Notes: generated from the sequence alone by a model not told the origin. A stretch of DNA of 64,000 bases from a bacterium (GCA_043803945.1 JAZDJN010000104.1:70647-134646); one strand, 5' to 3'; shown: positions 28,727 through 39,485, numbered from the stretch's first letter. Made by a program: numbers and translations.

Positions 28727-30460
28727 CTATTTACAGACGGTTTTAAAAACACGGAGAAAATTTTCGCCAAGAATTTTCCGAACCTCGTCGCGGGAATACC
28801 CTTTCTTCAGTAATGCTTCTGTCAACGCAGGAAATTTCGAAACATCATCCAATCCAGCCGGGTGCGCTGATCCCATGCCATCGAAATCGGATCCGATGGC
28901 TACATAATCGATACCGACTAATTTCTTTATGTGGTCGATATGCTGAATAACATTATCGATTGTTGCTGTGCTTGTTCCCGTAAGAAAGCTAGGATAAAAA
29001 ACAACGCCGATGACTCCACCGCCCTGAGCAATTGCCTTGATCTGATTGTCAGTCAGGTTGCGTGTATTGCTCCGCAGTGAATAGACACCCGAATGAGAGG
29101 CAACGATTGGATTTTTCGTTATCGCCAGGATATCTTCGACAGTTTTAGTTCCGACGTGGGATATATCGATGATCATTCCAAGCGAATCCATTGTCTTAAT
29201 CACTTGTTTTCCAAATTCGCTGAGGCCGACTGTGCTTGCCCGTGAATCTGAATGAGAAACCGCCCAGGTGGTACTGTTATTCCAAGTGATCGTCATGAGG
29301 CGCACACCGCGCTGATAGAATGAATGCAATTTATTTAGATCATCTTCGATGCAGTGTCCCCCTTCAACAATCGGGATCGCTGCAATTTTTCCCGATCGAT
29401 TCAGTACCTGGATTGAATCCATTGTTCCGGCAATTCCAATTGTCGATTGGTTTCGCTTGATTTGGGCGTTGAGTGTATCGAGGTAACGGATAGCAGATGG
29501 ATAGTAACCAGCGTTTTGATACTCTTGAGATGTAGGATTTATCCAGACCGAGAAGAGTTGGGCATCAACTCCACCCTCAAGCAAGCGGGGAATATCGGTT
29601 TGATGTATCGTGTGTCGCTGGCCGAAGTCGAAGTACGTCCCATCTCCAAAGATGGCTTCGAGGGCATCATTGTGCAAATCAACGAAGAATGCACGATCAT
29701 GAATTGTCGATAATGAAAAATCAGCACGAGCACCCGGGATCAAAGAAACGGTCAGGGTATCGGGCTCATGGATCGTTGAAGAAGCGACCACGCGGACAAC
29801 ATCCCCTGCGGTTGATAACGCACGGTGGACACTTCCTGCAGAATTGACCAGAGAGATTCCACTCAAGCCACTCCCCGATCCGCCGTCAAGCTGAATCATT
29901 TTCTTCGTTACCCGGTACTCTTCCGTCTCAACGGTGTAGAACAATACTCCTGCTCCACCTATCGACCTCCAATCAATCGAATAGCTTCCCGCCTCCAACT
30001 GAGCGGACTTGCTATCGAGGATCTGTCCAAGGATATTATGAATAGAGACATGCACTCTGCTGTACACAGGAAGAGTAAATCGAATCCGTGTCGAAGGGTT
30101 AAAGGGATTAGGATAATTCTGTTCGACCGAATATGTAGAAATGGATGTTGCTGTCTGCCCGGTTTCTGTCGGGACAACGCTGATCGACCATTCCCCCTGC
30201 GGATTGGTGTCGGCTGCACCGACAGTTACTCCTTGTATGTCGTAGAGTGTAATCCGGGCGGCATTTATGGGGAGGCTGCTCTTCTTGTCGCGGACAGTAC
30301 CGTTGAGCGTCACTCCCTGTCCATAACCGGCAGGAGAACACAGGAAACTCAGAATAATGACACAGAGTGTGAATTGGTTTACCAGAAACAAAGAGACCCG
30401 GCGGAACCACACTCCGCCAGGTCTTGTAAAGATACAACACTGCAATGTTTTTCCTGCCAT
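28727..30460 (-). CDS. membrane dipeptidase (M19) with N-terminal carboxypeptidase-regulatory-like domain and internal T9SS-CTD-like domain
   Basis: VDLHND, VEGGH, IIDISH, ASHSG, IGSDFDG; QNYPNPFNPSTRIRF near aa 114. Confidence 0.88.
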   Translation of the reverse strand: MAGKTLQCCIFTRPGGVWFRRVSLFLVNQFTLCVIILSFLCSPAGYGQGVTLNGTVRDKKSSLPINAARITLYDIQGVTVGAADTNPQGEWSISVVPTETGQTATSISTYSVEQNYPNPFNPSTRIRFTLPVYSRVHVSIHNILGQILDSKSAQLEAGSYSIDWRSIGGAGVLFYTVETEEYRVTKKMIQLDGGSGSGLSGISLVNSAGSVHRALSTAGDVVRVVASSTIHEPDTLTVSLIPGARADFSLSTIHDRAFFVDLHNDALEAIFGDGTYFDFGQRHTIHQTDIPRLLEGGVDAQLFSVWINPTSQEYQNAGYYPSAIRYLDTLNAQIKRNQSTIGIAGTMDSIQVLNRSGKIAAIPIVEGGHCIEDDLNKLHSFYQRGVRLMTITWNNSTTWAVSHSDSRASTVGLSEFGKQVIKTMDSLGMIIDISHVGTKTVEDILAITKNPIVASHSGVYSLRSNTRNLTDNQIKAIAQGGGVIGVVFYPSFLTGTSTATIDNVIQHIDHIKKLVGIDYVAIGSDFDGMGSAHPAGLDDVSKFPALTEALLKKGYSRDEVRKILGENFLRVFKTVCK

Positions 30461-30469
30461 TCTGCCCCG

Positions 30470-31432
30470 TCAGAACGAAAAACCAACGGAGAATTTCTGA
30501 ATGGAGGGAAGGATAGTAAACTTCTCATAGGAATAATCGAACCTCAGATTCTGTCCGAGAAATTGACCGCCATTCACACCGATACCGAGGGCAAACGATT
30601 CATCGTCATAGTTCAACTTCACGCCGCCTCGCAGGGCAAGAAAATCGAGCAGGAGTGCCTCACATCCAATGTTATAGTGTTCGATATTGTCATTGGGATG
30701 GACGAGGTCTGCAATAAAGCGAACGCGATATGATTCTTCGATGATCGGTTCCATCGTGAACGATGCCCGGAACGTAACAGGCAGAGGAGCACCATTCAAT
30801 CCCTTTTCAAGATTGCTGTCGGAATAATCACGGAAAGTCCCCTGCAACGCATCGAGGTCCGGACCGAAGTTCTGGAGTGTCAGGGCAAGCCGTGAGCCCA
30901 TCATTCCCAGATCATAGTTGCTGCCGATATCAAAGGCAATACCTGATGTCGTGTGATCGTAGTACGATTCGCGGATATATTTCCCCTGAATACCAATGGC
31001 AAGTTTATCCATGATTCTACGGGTGAATGAAAGTCCGACAACTGTATTTTGAATATTATATCGTACCCCTGTTCCATTTTCCTGGTCCACCGTCGTAATC
31101 TCTTCATCAGTTGAGAAGCCGCAGACCTGGAAACCGACAACGCCGATATCCTGAATGCGGTAGGCAGCGACGAATGAACCCATGGTGATATCAGCGAACC
31201 AGGGTGTATACGAAAATGCAACATCCGCTTTGGCTATACTCTCCAATCCTGCTACGTTGGTATAGAGTGCAGCGGCGTTATTCACCACCGAAGCAGCAGC
31301 ATATCCGAGGGCAGATGCACGCGGATCAAAATTGATCTTGAACAGTTGTGCACCGCTGGTGCCAACCTGACCAAATTGCTGCGCGCAAAGCGGCATCGTA
31401 CAGAGAAGAGTAAGAAGAATGATCTTTTTCAT
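30470..31432 (-). CDS. PorV/PorQ family outer-membrane beta-barrel
   Basis: VGTSGAQLFKI...RASALG, ALYTNVAGL, alternating beta strands, C-terminal Phe. Confidence 0.88.
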   Translation of the reverse strand: MKKIILLTLLCTMPLCAQQFGQVGTSGAQLFKINFDPRASALGYAAASVVNNAAALYTNVAGLESIAKADVAFSYTPWFADITMGSFVAAYRIQDIGVVGFQVCGFSTDEEITTVDQENGTGVRYNIQNTVVGLSFTRRIMDKLAIGIQGKYIRESYYDHTTSGIAFDIGSNYDLGMMGSRLALTLQNFGPDLDALQGTFRDYSDSNLEKGLNGAPLPVTFRASFTMEPIIEESYRVRFIADLVHPNDNIEHYNIGCEALLLDFLALRGGVKLNYDDESFALGIGVNGGQFLGQNLRFDYSYEKFTILPSIQKFSVGFSF

Positions 31433-31441
31433 AGGACACCT

Positions 31442-33343
31442 CTAGCGCATAATGACAAATTTACCAGTTTGTGTACCAGCAGGCGACTCAACGACATAGA
31501 GATAGAGACCGCTGACCACTTCCTGATTATTCTTCGTAGTGAGATCCCATTCTGCCACGCCGCGGAAATCACCGGTTATTTGGACATCACGACTTCTGTA
31601 GACCACATCGCCGCTATTGATTATTTTCACGAGATCGCCGGCAAGAGTGAAGATAGAAATCTTCGCACCGGCCGGGAGGTTAATAAAGCGCAAACGATTG
31701 ACCCATGGATTTGTCTCGATAGGATTTGGATTATTGAAACGGCTCGATCCTATGAAGGGGTTTGGCACGACGCGAACTTTCTCAACTCCCGCAGCGGCCG
31801 GTGTATTGGCCATGTAGACACGTGTTGAGGTGCGTCCTTTTCCGATCTGGTTCTCCAGCCTTCCTAATCCAAGCAGTGAATCACCCTTATCAAACGCAGT
31901 CACAGCATAGGTATAGATCATGCCGTTCGTGACACCTTTGTCGATATACTGATAGAGCGTATCACTGCCCGAAACGACTGTAGCAGGAGGCCAGCTTTTT
32001 ACATACGGCCGTCCGATCCAATCAGAATCCAATTTTGGATCCAATTTGTTGCCTGACACATAGACCGCCAGTGTATCCCAGAGAGGATTTCCTCCCGCAT
32101 CGGAACGAATCGTTCGATACACTCCATACCCGGCAAAGTCTTTCATTCCCGTGATCGGATCTTTGCTGCTCTCAGCATTCTTTTCCCATTCAAGAGCAAT
32201 CGAACTCTGACCACTCACATCCAATGATCGAATGGCATAGTCAGGTTCTACGGGTGCAGTAGGGGTTTTTTGATAGTTGCCATCGTACATTGCCTGTGCG
32301 ATCTGCGAGTTCTGCTGAAGACCACCCAATCCGTATCCAATAGTCCACGCTACAACGATGTGGATGGAATCACCAGGTGGAATCTCAAAAGGACCAACAG
32401 CACAGATGGCCCGATAATCACGCACCGCAGTATCGGGAAGCGCTTTCCCCAGTCTCATAAATTGGTACATCTCCTGTGATGTCGTTGGTTCAAAATAACG
32501 ATACGAAGGAGTCGCCATTGTTGGTTTACCAGTATACGTTCCTTTGAAGTGGGCCCGATCATAATCGATGACCCGGATACCGATATATCCAGGAGAGCGA
32601 AGAATCCCTGTTACCGGATCAGGATTCCCCTTATCGTTCCCCGGGACATCCGGATTGTCGGCATCAAATAGATACACTAACTTATTGGTTTCATCGTAAT
32701 TGGCAAGATCATCCAGATCCCAGTAGTCGCTGTCTGTACTGGATCCAAGAAATCCCGAAACATCTGCGTCCATACGAAAACCAACATAGACTCCTTTTAA
32801 AGTCCGTGTGACATCGATAAGACCGTCTTTATTGGTATCATCGCCAATGTTCCTTATCCAATAATCACTGATGATGAAGTCGTCGTTGTACGATTGATCC
32901 CAGACGTAGGTCCGTTCGGTGACTAACACACCGAGGTTTTTATGTGTCCCGGTTGGGCTTGGAGGATTCACATCGGTGTACCGTGCATAGGTATCTTCTG
33001 CTGAGAGCGATCCCTGATCACGATGTTTCACCTGGATGGTGTCGAGCGGCACAAAATGATTCCCTTCACCAAATGAGGTGTACCCCACGCTGTCGATCAG
33101 GCTTCCGATCCAGATCGAAGCACGCCATCCATAGACATTGCCGCTGCCTCCCGGCCATTCGAAGTTTGGCTCGGAGTATGTATTCCCCCAATAGCCATTG
33201 TTCGTTATCATATTCCACAGCGCACCCATTTTGTGGCTGAAGGTTTTCTTGCTTTTCTGCTCCAGTTTTAATTGAGCGTTGAGTTCTATGGATAAAACCA
33301 GAAGCAGACATTGAAGAATGATGAGTATTCTTTTCATGGTCAC
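31442..33343 (-). CDS. secreted protein with variant T9SS/FlgD-like C-terminal domain
   Basis: Signal peptide; FEWPGGSG, DFAGYGVYR, YAVTAFD; C-terminus VRVVPNPF...FINLP...WDLTTKNNQEVVSGLYLY...GKFVIMR. Confidence 0.8.
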   Translation of the reverse strand: MTMKRILIILQCLLLVLSIELNAQLKLEQKSKKTFSHKMGALWNMITNNGYWGNTYSEPNFEWPGGSGNVYGWRASIWIGSLIDSVGYTSFGEGNHFVPLDTIQVKHRDQGSLSAEDTYARYTDVNPPSPTGTHKNLGVLVTERTYVWDQSYNDDFIISDYWIRNIGDDTNKDGLIDVTRTLKGVYVGFRMDADVSGFLGSSTDSDYWDLDDLANYDETNKLVYLFDADNPDVPGNDKGNPDPVTGILRSPGYIGIRVIDYDRAHFKGTYTGKPTMATPSYRYFEPTTSQEMYQFMRLGKALPDTAVRDYRAICAVGPFEIPPGDSIHIVVAWTIGYGLGGLQQNSQIAQAMYDGNYQKTPTAPVEPDYAIRSLDVSGQSSIALEWEKNAESSKDPITGMKDFAGYGVYRTIRSDAGGNPLWDTLAVYVSGNKLDPKLDSDWIGRPYVKSWPPATVVSGSDTLYQYIDKGVTNGMIYTYAVTAFDKGDSLLGLGRLENQIGKGRTSTRVYMANTPAAAGVEKVRVVPNPFIGSSRFNNPNPIETNPWVNRLRFINLPAGAKISIFTLAGDLVKIINSGDVVYRSRDVQITGDFRGVAEWDLTTKNNQEVVSGLYLYVVESPAGTQTGKFVIMR

Positions 33344-33345
33344 CT

Positions 33346-36093
33346 CTAATATTGAATTTCCAAACCAAGTCGATAGACCCGCGGCCTGCTGTAGGCATTG
33401 GGATCTTTAAATGGGCCCGTCGGATCGCCTGTTTGATCGAAGAGGATCAAACCCTCTCGCCCTCCAGAAATATAATTGACATTGATCCAGTTGAAGAGGT
33501 TGCGAGCCTCAGCGAGAACCGACCAATCGAGGCCGTACATCTGGAACGATTTTCGGAATCGCATGTCAACATTCTTCGTCCAGGGCAGCCGCCCATCATT
33601 TCTCAGCGAGAAGAGCGGGAACACATCGCGTGTATTTGTGGTATAGGGCGACCCGGAACTGAATGTTGCCACAAAATTCATCTCTGCGTCTCCAATCCAT
33701 TGATCGACGATTCCTGTGGAGCGCAGGATCAAATTCACATTGAACTTATGGCGGATATCCCAATCGAGCGGGTCGAGGCGCCGCGGGACAATCTGTCCAT
33801 TGGATCGGTAAACAGAAGAAGATCGACCATTGGCAAGAGCGTAGGTATAGTTGACCATTCCGCCAATGGGCTGATTTCCGAGTGTCTCAAGTGTAAATTC
33901 CAGGCCGCGGACATTCGCATAATCCATATTGCCGTACGCCTGAAATGGTTCAGCAGAACCGGGGATGTCGTAATCGATTGCGGCAAGAAGGTTGGTGATA
34001 TCCTTGAAGTATCCCGTGACACCCATCTTCACCCAGTCGGAGAATAGATGTTCCCAGCCGATTTCATAACTCACAGTTTTTTCAGGATTCAACCGGGGAT
34101 TTCCCAGATCCACGTTCGTTGTGAAGCGAAAATCAAGTTTGATATTTTCATAGAGAAACCGGAGGTCCGGTCGCTGGAAGAAGTGACCATAATAGAAGTG
34201 AATTTTATCCCGCTCAGTAATTGGATGAGAGATACCGATTCGTGGACTCACCTGCCAATGAGCGCTAACTTTATCAGCCGAGCTCAGAGTTGCTCTGCGA
34301 GCAGGATCAGTAAGTTCAATAGGGTCGGAAGGATACAGAACACCACCACCGAAGCCGTTCGGATTATAGTAATCAAAGCGAACTCCCGCGTTGAGAATAA
34401 ATCCATCGCGAACTTCAATTTTATCCTGGATATAGAACGCAGCATCGTAGAGACCTTCATTCCAGAGATCGAACCTCGGATTGAGAACCGACTCAAACGT
34501 CACTTTTTCAACATCTCCCTTACTGTAACTGAATTCAAATCCGCCCTTCAGGAGATTGTTTGTATTCAATTGATTCGAATAGTCGGCGCGGAGAGAGGTG
34601 GTGCGGGAAACCTGATTGAGATAATATCCCTGGTCGCCGGTATAGTTCCAGTAGGCCTGAATGTCGAGGATGCTCATATACCCGCCGGGCCCGCCATTCC
34701 TCAAATAGTGAAGCGCATCGTTCGTGCTCCCATCTCCGTTACGATCGTCAACATCACGACCGGCAAGGCGGTAGGTATTCGTAAACATCGAGAGTTTAAC
34801 ATCGAGAAACGATTGTTTGTTCAGGGTGTAATTCCATTGCAAACCGAGGTTATAACTATCATTAATCGGAATCGCTCGATGTTTCAACATTCCAGCTTGA
34901 TAGTAGTTCTTGACGGATTTATACCACTTTCCTTCGAACAACGCTGAATCCGGTTTACGGGCATTATGGTAATTTTGTGGATCCGGAACGAAAAAGTATT
35001 GTTCCAGCGTTGATACTCCGCTACTGGTGATCAGCCGCTGGAAGAGATCTTTTTGATATCCTTCGCTCAGCGGCCCAAACATCGAGTAATAGTGAGAATA
35101 GGAAGTGGATCGTGACCAGGATCGTACGCCGCTCAATTGAATCCGATGTTCGCCATAGTTCAAAGTGACTTTCGATTGGTATGCTTCACGGTATGAAGAT
35201 TCATTCTGAAGGAGACCTTTGTTCTGGAGGGCGACATCGGACGAAACGTTCAACCCCAGTTTCACGTCACCAAGAGAAACGTTCGGAGTAGTGAAGAAGA
35301 ATTCATAGTTCTTCCAATCGGGCTGTCCTTTGCCGAACTGATTCGGACGGAGCTCTACTTTGCTCCATGGAAAATCTGAGGTTCGTACCCGGAATTTCGC
35401 GCTGAATCGGGAAAACGGACTCCGTGTAATTGTATTGACAATTCCCGATTGGGCATTCCCGTATTCTGCTTCGAATCCACCGGTAGAGATCTGAATCTCC
35501 GACACGCTAAGCTGTGGAAGTGTAATCGCAAAACCACCGGTGTATTCGACGTATCCATTCACCGCCGTTTTCACGGGAAGACCATCGATAAGGAAAAGCG
35601 ACTCATTGAAGCGTCCGCCGCGAAAATGGCTTCCGTTCACACCAGCTTGCATGCGGACAATTTCCTGAAAGTTATCGACCGGCAATGCTGTTATCGTTCC
35701 TTCATCAATAGTATATTTTGTTGAAGTCAGGTCGATTTGAATGGGAGGGCGTTGCGCCGTCACAACAACTTCTTTTGCCATAACGGTAGAAGGTTCCAGA
35801 GCAATGTCAACGGTGGTTGTTATATCAAGCATGACTTTAATATTCGAAATTGTCTTAGCCGTATAACCTACCATCGATGCTCTGAGGGAGTATATTCCGA
35901 TCGGCACATTGATGATAAAATAATTTCCCTCGAAATCGGAGACCGCACCCATGGTAGTCCCGACAAGGGTAAGATTCACCATCGGCAAAGGTTCTTTCGT
36001 CTGAGAGTCGATCACCCTGCCTGCAATTTTTCCCGTTGTGCCAGCATAGAGCATCTGGCATAACAAGAGTAGTATGATTAAAAGTCGTTTCAT
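33346..36093 (-). CDS. TonB-dependent receptor
   Basis: GTTGKIAGRV carboxypeptidase-regulatory domain, plug (HFRGGR, GGFEAEYGNAQSG), LNPEKTVSYEIG, C-terminal aromatic residue. Confidence 0.94.
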   Translation of the reverse strand: MKRLLIILLLLCQMLYAGTTGKIAGRVIDSQTKEPLPMVNLTLVGTTMGAVSDFEGNYFIINVPIGIYSLRASMVGYTAKTISNIKVMLDITTTVDIALEPSTVMAKEVVVTAQRPPIQIDLTSTKYTIDEGTITALPVDNFQEIVRMQAGVNGSHFRGGRFNESLFLIDGLPVKTAVNGYVEYTGGFAITLPQLSVSEIQISTGGFEAEYGNAQSGIVNTITRSPFSRFSAKFRVRTSDFPWSKVELRPNQFGKGQPDWKNYEFFFTTPNVSLGDVKLGLNVSSDVALQNKGLLQNESSYREAYQSKVTLNYGEHRIQLSGVRSWSRSTSYSHYYSMFGPLSEGYQKDLFQRLITSSGVSTLEQYFFVPDPQNYHNARKPDSALFEGKWYKSVKNYYQAGMLKHRAIPINDSYNLGLQWNYTLNKQSFLDVKLSMFTNTYRLAGRDVDDRNGDGSTNDALHYLRNGGPGGYMSILDIQAYWNYTGDQGYYLNQVSRTTSLRADYSNQLNTNNLLKGGFEFSYSKGDVEKVTFESVLNPRFDLWNEGLYDAAFYIQDKIEVRDGFILNAGVRFDYYNPNGFGGGVLYPSDPIELTDPARRATLSSADKVSAHWQVSPRIGISHPITERDKIHFYYGHFFQRPDLRFLYENIKLDFRFTTNVDLGNPRLNPEKTVSYEIGWEHLFSDWVKMGVTGYFKDITNLLAAIDYDIPGSAEPFQAYGNMDYANVRGLEFTLETLGNQPIGGMVNYTYALANGRSSSVYRSNGQIVPRRLDPLDWDIRHKFNVNLILRSTGIVDQWIGDAEMNFVATFSSGSPYTTNTRDVFPLFSLRNDGRLPWTKNVDMRFRKSFQMYGLDWSVLAEARNLFNWINVNYISGGREGLILFDQTGDPTGPFKDPNAYSRPRVYRLGLEIQY

Positions 36094-36242
36094 AGCTTCC
36101 CCTAACTTGTGGAGAGTGAGTGTTAGAGCCAATCGAGCTTGAGCCGAGCAACTCAAACAGCGCGAAGCAACATTGCTGAATATTGCTTCAACAAGATTGC
36201 TTCACGATGAGAGTCGCAGGTCAGCCAGGCAGTTACTGAAGA

Positions 36243-37670
36243 TTACTTCAGTAAGAGCAGCGATCTTGTGGAAATGCCATTGCCTGCTCTCAGTGTATAG
36301 AAGTAGACGCCGGAAGAGAGTCCAGCCGCATTGAATTGGACGGTATGCGTTCCCGGTGTTGTCATGCCATTCACGAGGCTTGCGACATGTTTCCCGAGGA
36401 CGTTATAGACATCCAATTGGACATTCGATGTGGTTGGTATTGAAAATGAAATATTAGTTACTGGATTGAAAGGATTTGGATAATTCTGAAGTAATGTAAA
36501 ATCGGTCGGTGTATTTGGTGAACGATCATCGACCCCGACCGCCACAGCATACTTCACGATATTCTTATAACCAACTGCAAAGAACTGATTTGCTGAGAGA
36601 GCCCAAATGTTCTTTAAGTCTGATCCCAGAGCACCAACCGGAGCATTCATGTTTTTCCATGTTGTACCGTTGTCAGTTGAGATCCATAGACGGGAAGCAG
36701 TGGTCGATGAAGTAGCTCCAGCCCATCCAGCAGCGATAACAGTATTAGTGCCGCGAATAGCGCGTGCACTCGTCACTTTTTTATCAACTTGCGCTATTCC
36801 CGTTTCTATGGTAAGAGTGTCACTCCAGGTACGACCGCCATCGGTGGTCTTCACAAGGTAATTTGCAGTTGTGCTCGATGAGGTGACTTGCCGTATCACT
36901 CCGTAGCCGATATTTTCATCCTTCATGCTGATAGAACGGAGATAATAATCATTGCTGAGTGTTCCCGGAAGAGAAAATTTCCAGAGCGTCCAGGTATTTC
37001 CAGCATCCGTAGATTTGAGTATTGCCGGAGGATCTACACTTCCATAATACAGCGTCATCCAGATGTGTTTGTTGTAAACATCGATCGCATTACTATACGT
37101 TGTGTAGCTGGCATAGTAGCCGTCAAGTTTTGCAGAATCGGGAAGATTGGTGCTTCGTGTCCAAGTCTTGCCTCCATCGAAACTCCGACCAACATATACA
37201 CCTTGGGCATCTGCATCTCCTAGAGCGATGATAGAATCCTGGCCGATGTAGCGAATCGCATCAAAATAACCAACAGTCGGATCTGCGTAGGAAGTAACTG
37301 TATCCCACTTTGCACCGCCATTGGTCGTGCGCAGGATTTGGCCTGTGGTCAGAGCGGTGATGGCATTGTTCGCATCCTTCGCAATGATACCACACGTCAG
37401 TATGCTGGTTCCAGGACTAGGGAACATATCCTTTCGTGCCCATGTTTGACCATGATCAGTTGAAAGCAATGCAAATTGTTTACCTCCGGAAGCCACATCA
37501 GCTCCTGAGACCCAGACGACACCATTGCTGAGGTAGTGCAGTCCTCGCAATTGCAGCTTTTGAATCGAATCAGTACCAATCACTTTATAGTCAGTCCATG
37601 CCGTTGACTGGGCAAACGTCATGGTGAGCCCAAGTATTAGAATGACAGCAAGCAGAACCAATCGTTTCAT
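36243..37670 (-). CDS. BNR/Asp-box (Ycf48-like) repeat protein with T9SS type A CTD
   Basis: Repeated STDxGxTW; C-terminal QNYPNPFNP...SGVYFYTL; GGAGG RBS. Confidence 0.88.
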   Translation of the reverse strand: MKRLVLLAVILILGLTMTFAQSTAWTDYKVIGTDSIQKLQLRGLHYLSNGVVWVSGADVASGGKQFALLSTDHGQTWARKDMFPSPGTSILTCGIIAKDANNAITALTTGQILRTTNGGAKWDTVTSYADPTVGYFDAIRYIGQDSIIALGDADAQGVYVGRSFDGGKTWTRSTNLPDSAKLDGYYASYTTYSNAIDVYNKHIWMTLYYGSVDPPAILKSTDAGNTWTLWKFSLPGTLSNDYYLRSISMKDENIGYGVIRQVTSSSTTANYLVKTTDGGRTWSDTLTIETGIAQVDKKVTSARAIRGTNTVIAAGWAGATSSTTASRLWISTDNGTTWKNMNAPVGALGSDLKNIWALSANQFFAVGYKNIVKYAVAVGVDDRSPNTPTDFTLLQNYPNPFNPVTNISFSIPTTSNVQLDVYNVLGKHVASLVNGMTTPGTHTVQFNAAGLSSGVYFYTLRAGNGISTRSLLLLK

Positions 37671-37881
37671 TGAAGCCTCCATAAATATAAGGTTTGAGAA
37701 GGGAGGATCGAAAATACTGCTCGACCCATATGAGATAGAAAATGAAAAAAGTCTGTAAGGCAAGCTCTGAGCTTGGAAAACCGATGAAACACTTTACCTC
37801 CGTTATGAACGGATGTTCGACTGGAGAAATTTGAGCAATGAGACTAATGATAGTAACATGAGTTGAACCACAGCCCAAAGG

Positions 37882-37910
37882 AAGTTAGTCATCTACAAAA
37901 ATGAAGTCAA
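37882..37910 (-). promoter_or_regulatory. putative sigma70 promoter of the BNR-TBDR-PorV locus
   Basis: TTGACT-N17-TAACTT. Confidence 0.55.
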
Positions 37911-37977
37911 GGAAAATTTGTTGAAGTTGCATCGCTTTCGTGATAAATGGAGTGACGCGAGATGATTCACCCTTTTT

Positions 37978-39270
37978 TTACTCATAAATCAAATATTTTT
38001 CTCTCTTTATCATAAATGGTGCACGCTGCTGATCGATCTTCCGGAGAATCTCATTGACCGAGATTTTTTTTGTCATGGATAGCCGGATTTCGTCGGAACC
38101 CGTTGCCTTGTCGAACATGCTGATTCGTGACGATTGGGCTCGCTCGAAGATATCTTTATCGGGATAGAGTGTCACAAGTGCCTCCAGCACATGCAGCGCT
38201 ACAGAAATAAAATTTACCTTCTCCCGATCGACCACATGAATTTGCACTCCATAAAATTGCGATCGGGTTGTATCAAAATAGAATGGGCGATAATACATTG
38301 GGCGGAACTCAACGCCGCCGAGCTTTTTGGCATTCATGTAGTCAGCAAACTGATCCCCCTTCATCCATGGTGCACCGACAAGTTCGAATGGCATTGTGTA
38401 ACCGACGCCCTGATTGGCCGTACCGAGTTCTCCCAAAAGGCCGGTCATCACATAGAACATCGATGTCCAGTGATGCGGCACATGCGGTGAGGTTGGCACC
38501 CAGGGCAATCCCGTTTCATCCCACCACATGGAACGCTTCCATCCTTCCACCGGCACCACCGTCAAATTGCATTTTACGTTATTGGCCAGCCAGCCTTCTC
38601 CATTGATCATCTCAGCCAGTTCTCCCGCCGTCATGCCATAGACATAGGGAATTGGAAAAGCGCCGATGAATGACTTGAATTTGGGATCAAGCATCGGCCC
38701 TTCCACACGATCGCCCGTGAGAGGATTGGGCCGGTCGAGCACAACAAAGCGTACGTTATTCTCCGCCGCAGCTTCCATCGCAAGTCCCATCGACGAGATG
38801 TACGTGTACGACCGCACGCCTATATCCTGAATATCATAGACCAGCACGTCAATACCGTGCAGCATATCAACTGTCGGTTTGCGGGTTCTTCCATACAGGG
38901 AGTATACAGGCAATCCAGTTTCGGCGTCGTTGTACCCTTCCACAATTCTTCCTGCCTCAATATCACCCCGCACACCATGCTCCGGGCCAAAGAGTGCGAC
39001 CAGTTTAACATCCTCTGCGTTATTAAGAATATCGATAGTTGATTCAAAGTCCGAACTGATGCCAGTGGGATTGGTAATCAATCCAACCCGTTTTCCTTTG
39101 AGGAGATCGAATCCACGCGCCCTGAGTACATCGATGCCCGGCTTGACTGTGGACTTCAGCGTCGGAGTATGGGGAGCTTGTCCATAGGATGTTGCGAGGG
39201 TGAATATTGCGAGAAGCATCGCCACCGCCGCTGCGGCCAGTGCGTTACGCGAGTGTGTTGATGGTTTCAT
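37978..39270 (-). CDS. exo-beta-N-acetylmuramidase NamZ family (DUF1343)
   Basis: GLITNPTG, LFGPEHG, YDIQDIGVRSYTY, LDRPNP, WVPTSP. Confidence 0.92.
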   Translation of the reverse strand: MKPSTHSRNALAAAAVAMLLAIFTLATSYGQAPHTPTLKSTVKPGIDVLRARGFDLLKGKRVGLITNPTGISSDFESTIDILNNAEDVKLVALFGPEHGVRGDIEAGRIVEGYNDAETGLPVYSLYGRTRKPTVDMLHGIDVLVYDIQDIGVRSYTYISSMGLAMEAAAENNVRFVVLDRPNPLTGDRVEGPMLDPKFKSFIGAFPIPYVYGMTAGELAEMINGEGWLANNVKCNLTVVPVEGWKRSMWWDETGLPWVPTSPHVPHHWTSMFYVMTGLLGELGTANQGVGYTMPFELVGAPWMKGDQFADYMNAKKLGGVEFRPMYYRPFYFDTTRSQFYGVQIHVVDREKVNFISVALHVLEALVTLYPDKDIFERAQSSRISMFDKATGSDEIRLSMTKKISVNEILRKIDQQRAPFMIKREKYLIYE

Positions 39271-39485
39271 TCTTTTTCAATTCCTTCGTCATTCAGCGTG
39301 AGTTTCTGGTTCAATTTGTATGAGGCAACTGCCAGAGACAGCAGCAGGAAGATCACCGAGGCCATCAACAACCAGGCAAGAATGGTGATCGGTGGTTCAA
39401 TAAGCAGGAGGAGAATGATGAGAGCGAGTGCTACCTGGGCAGATGATCGAACGGATGAAATCTCCTTCTGAAGCTTCACGTCCAA
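39267..39485 (-). CDS. small membrane protein
   Basis: 72 aa, two TM helices, stop overlaps next ATG. Confidence 0.6.
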   Translation of the reverse strand: MDVKLQKEISSVRSSAQVALALIILLLLIEPPITILAWLLMASVIFLLLSLAVASYKLNQKLTLNDEGIEKE

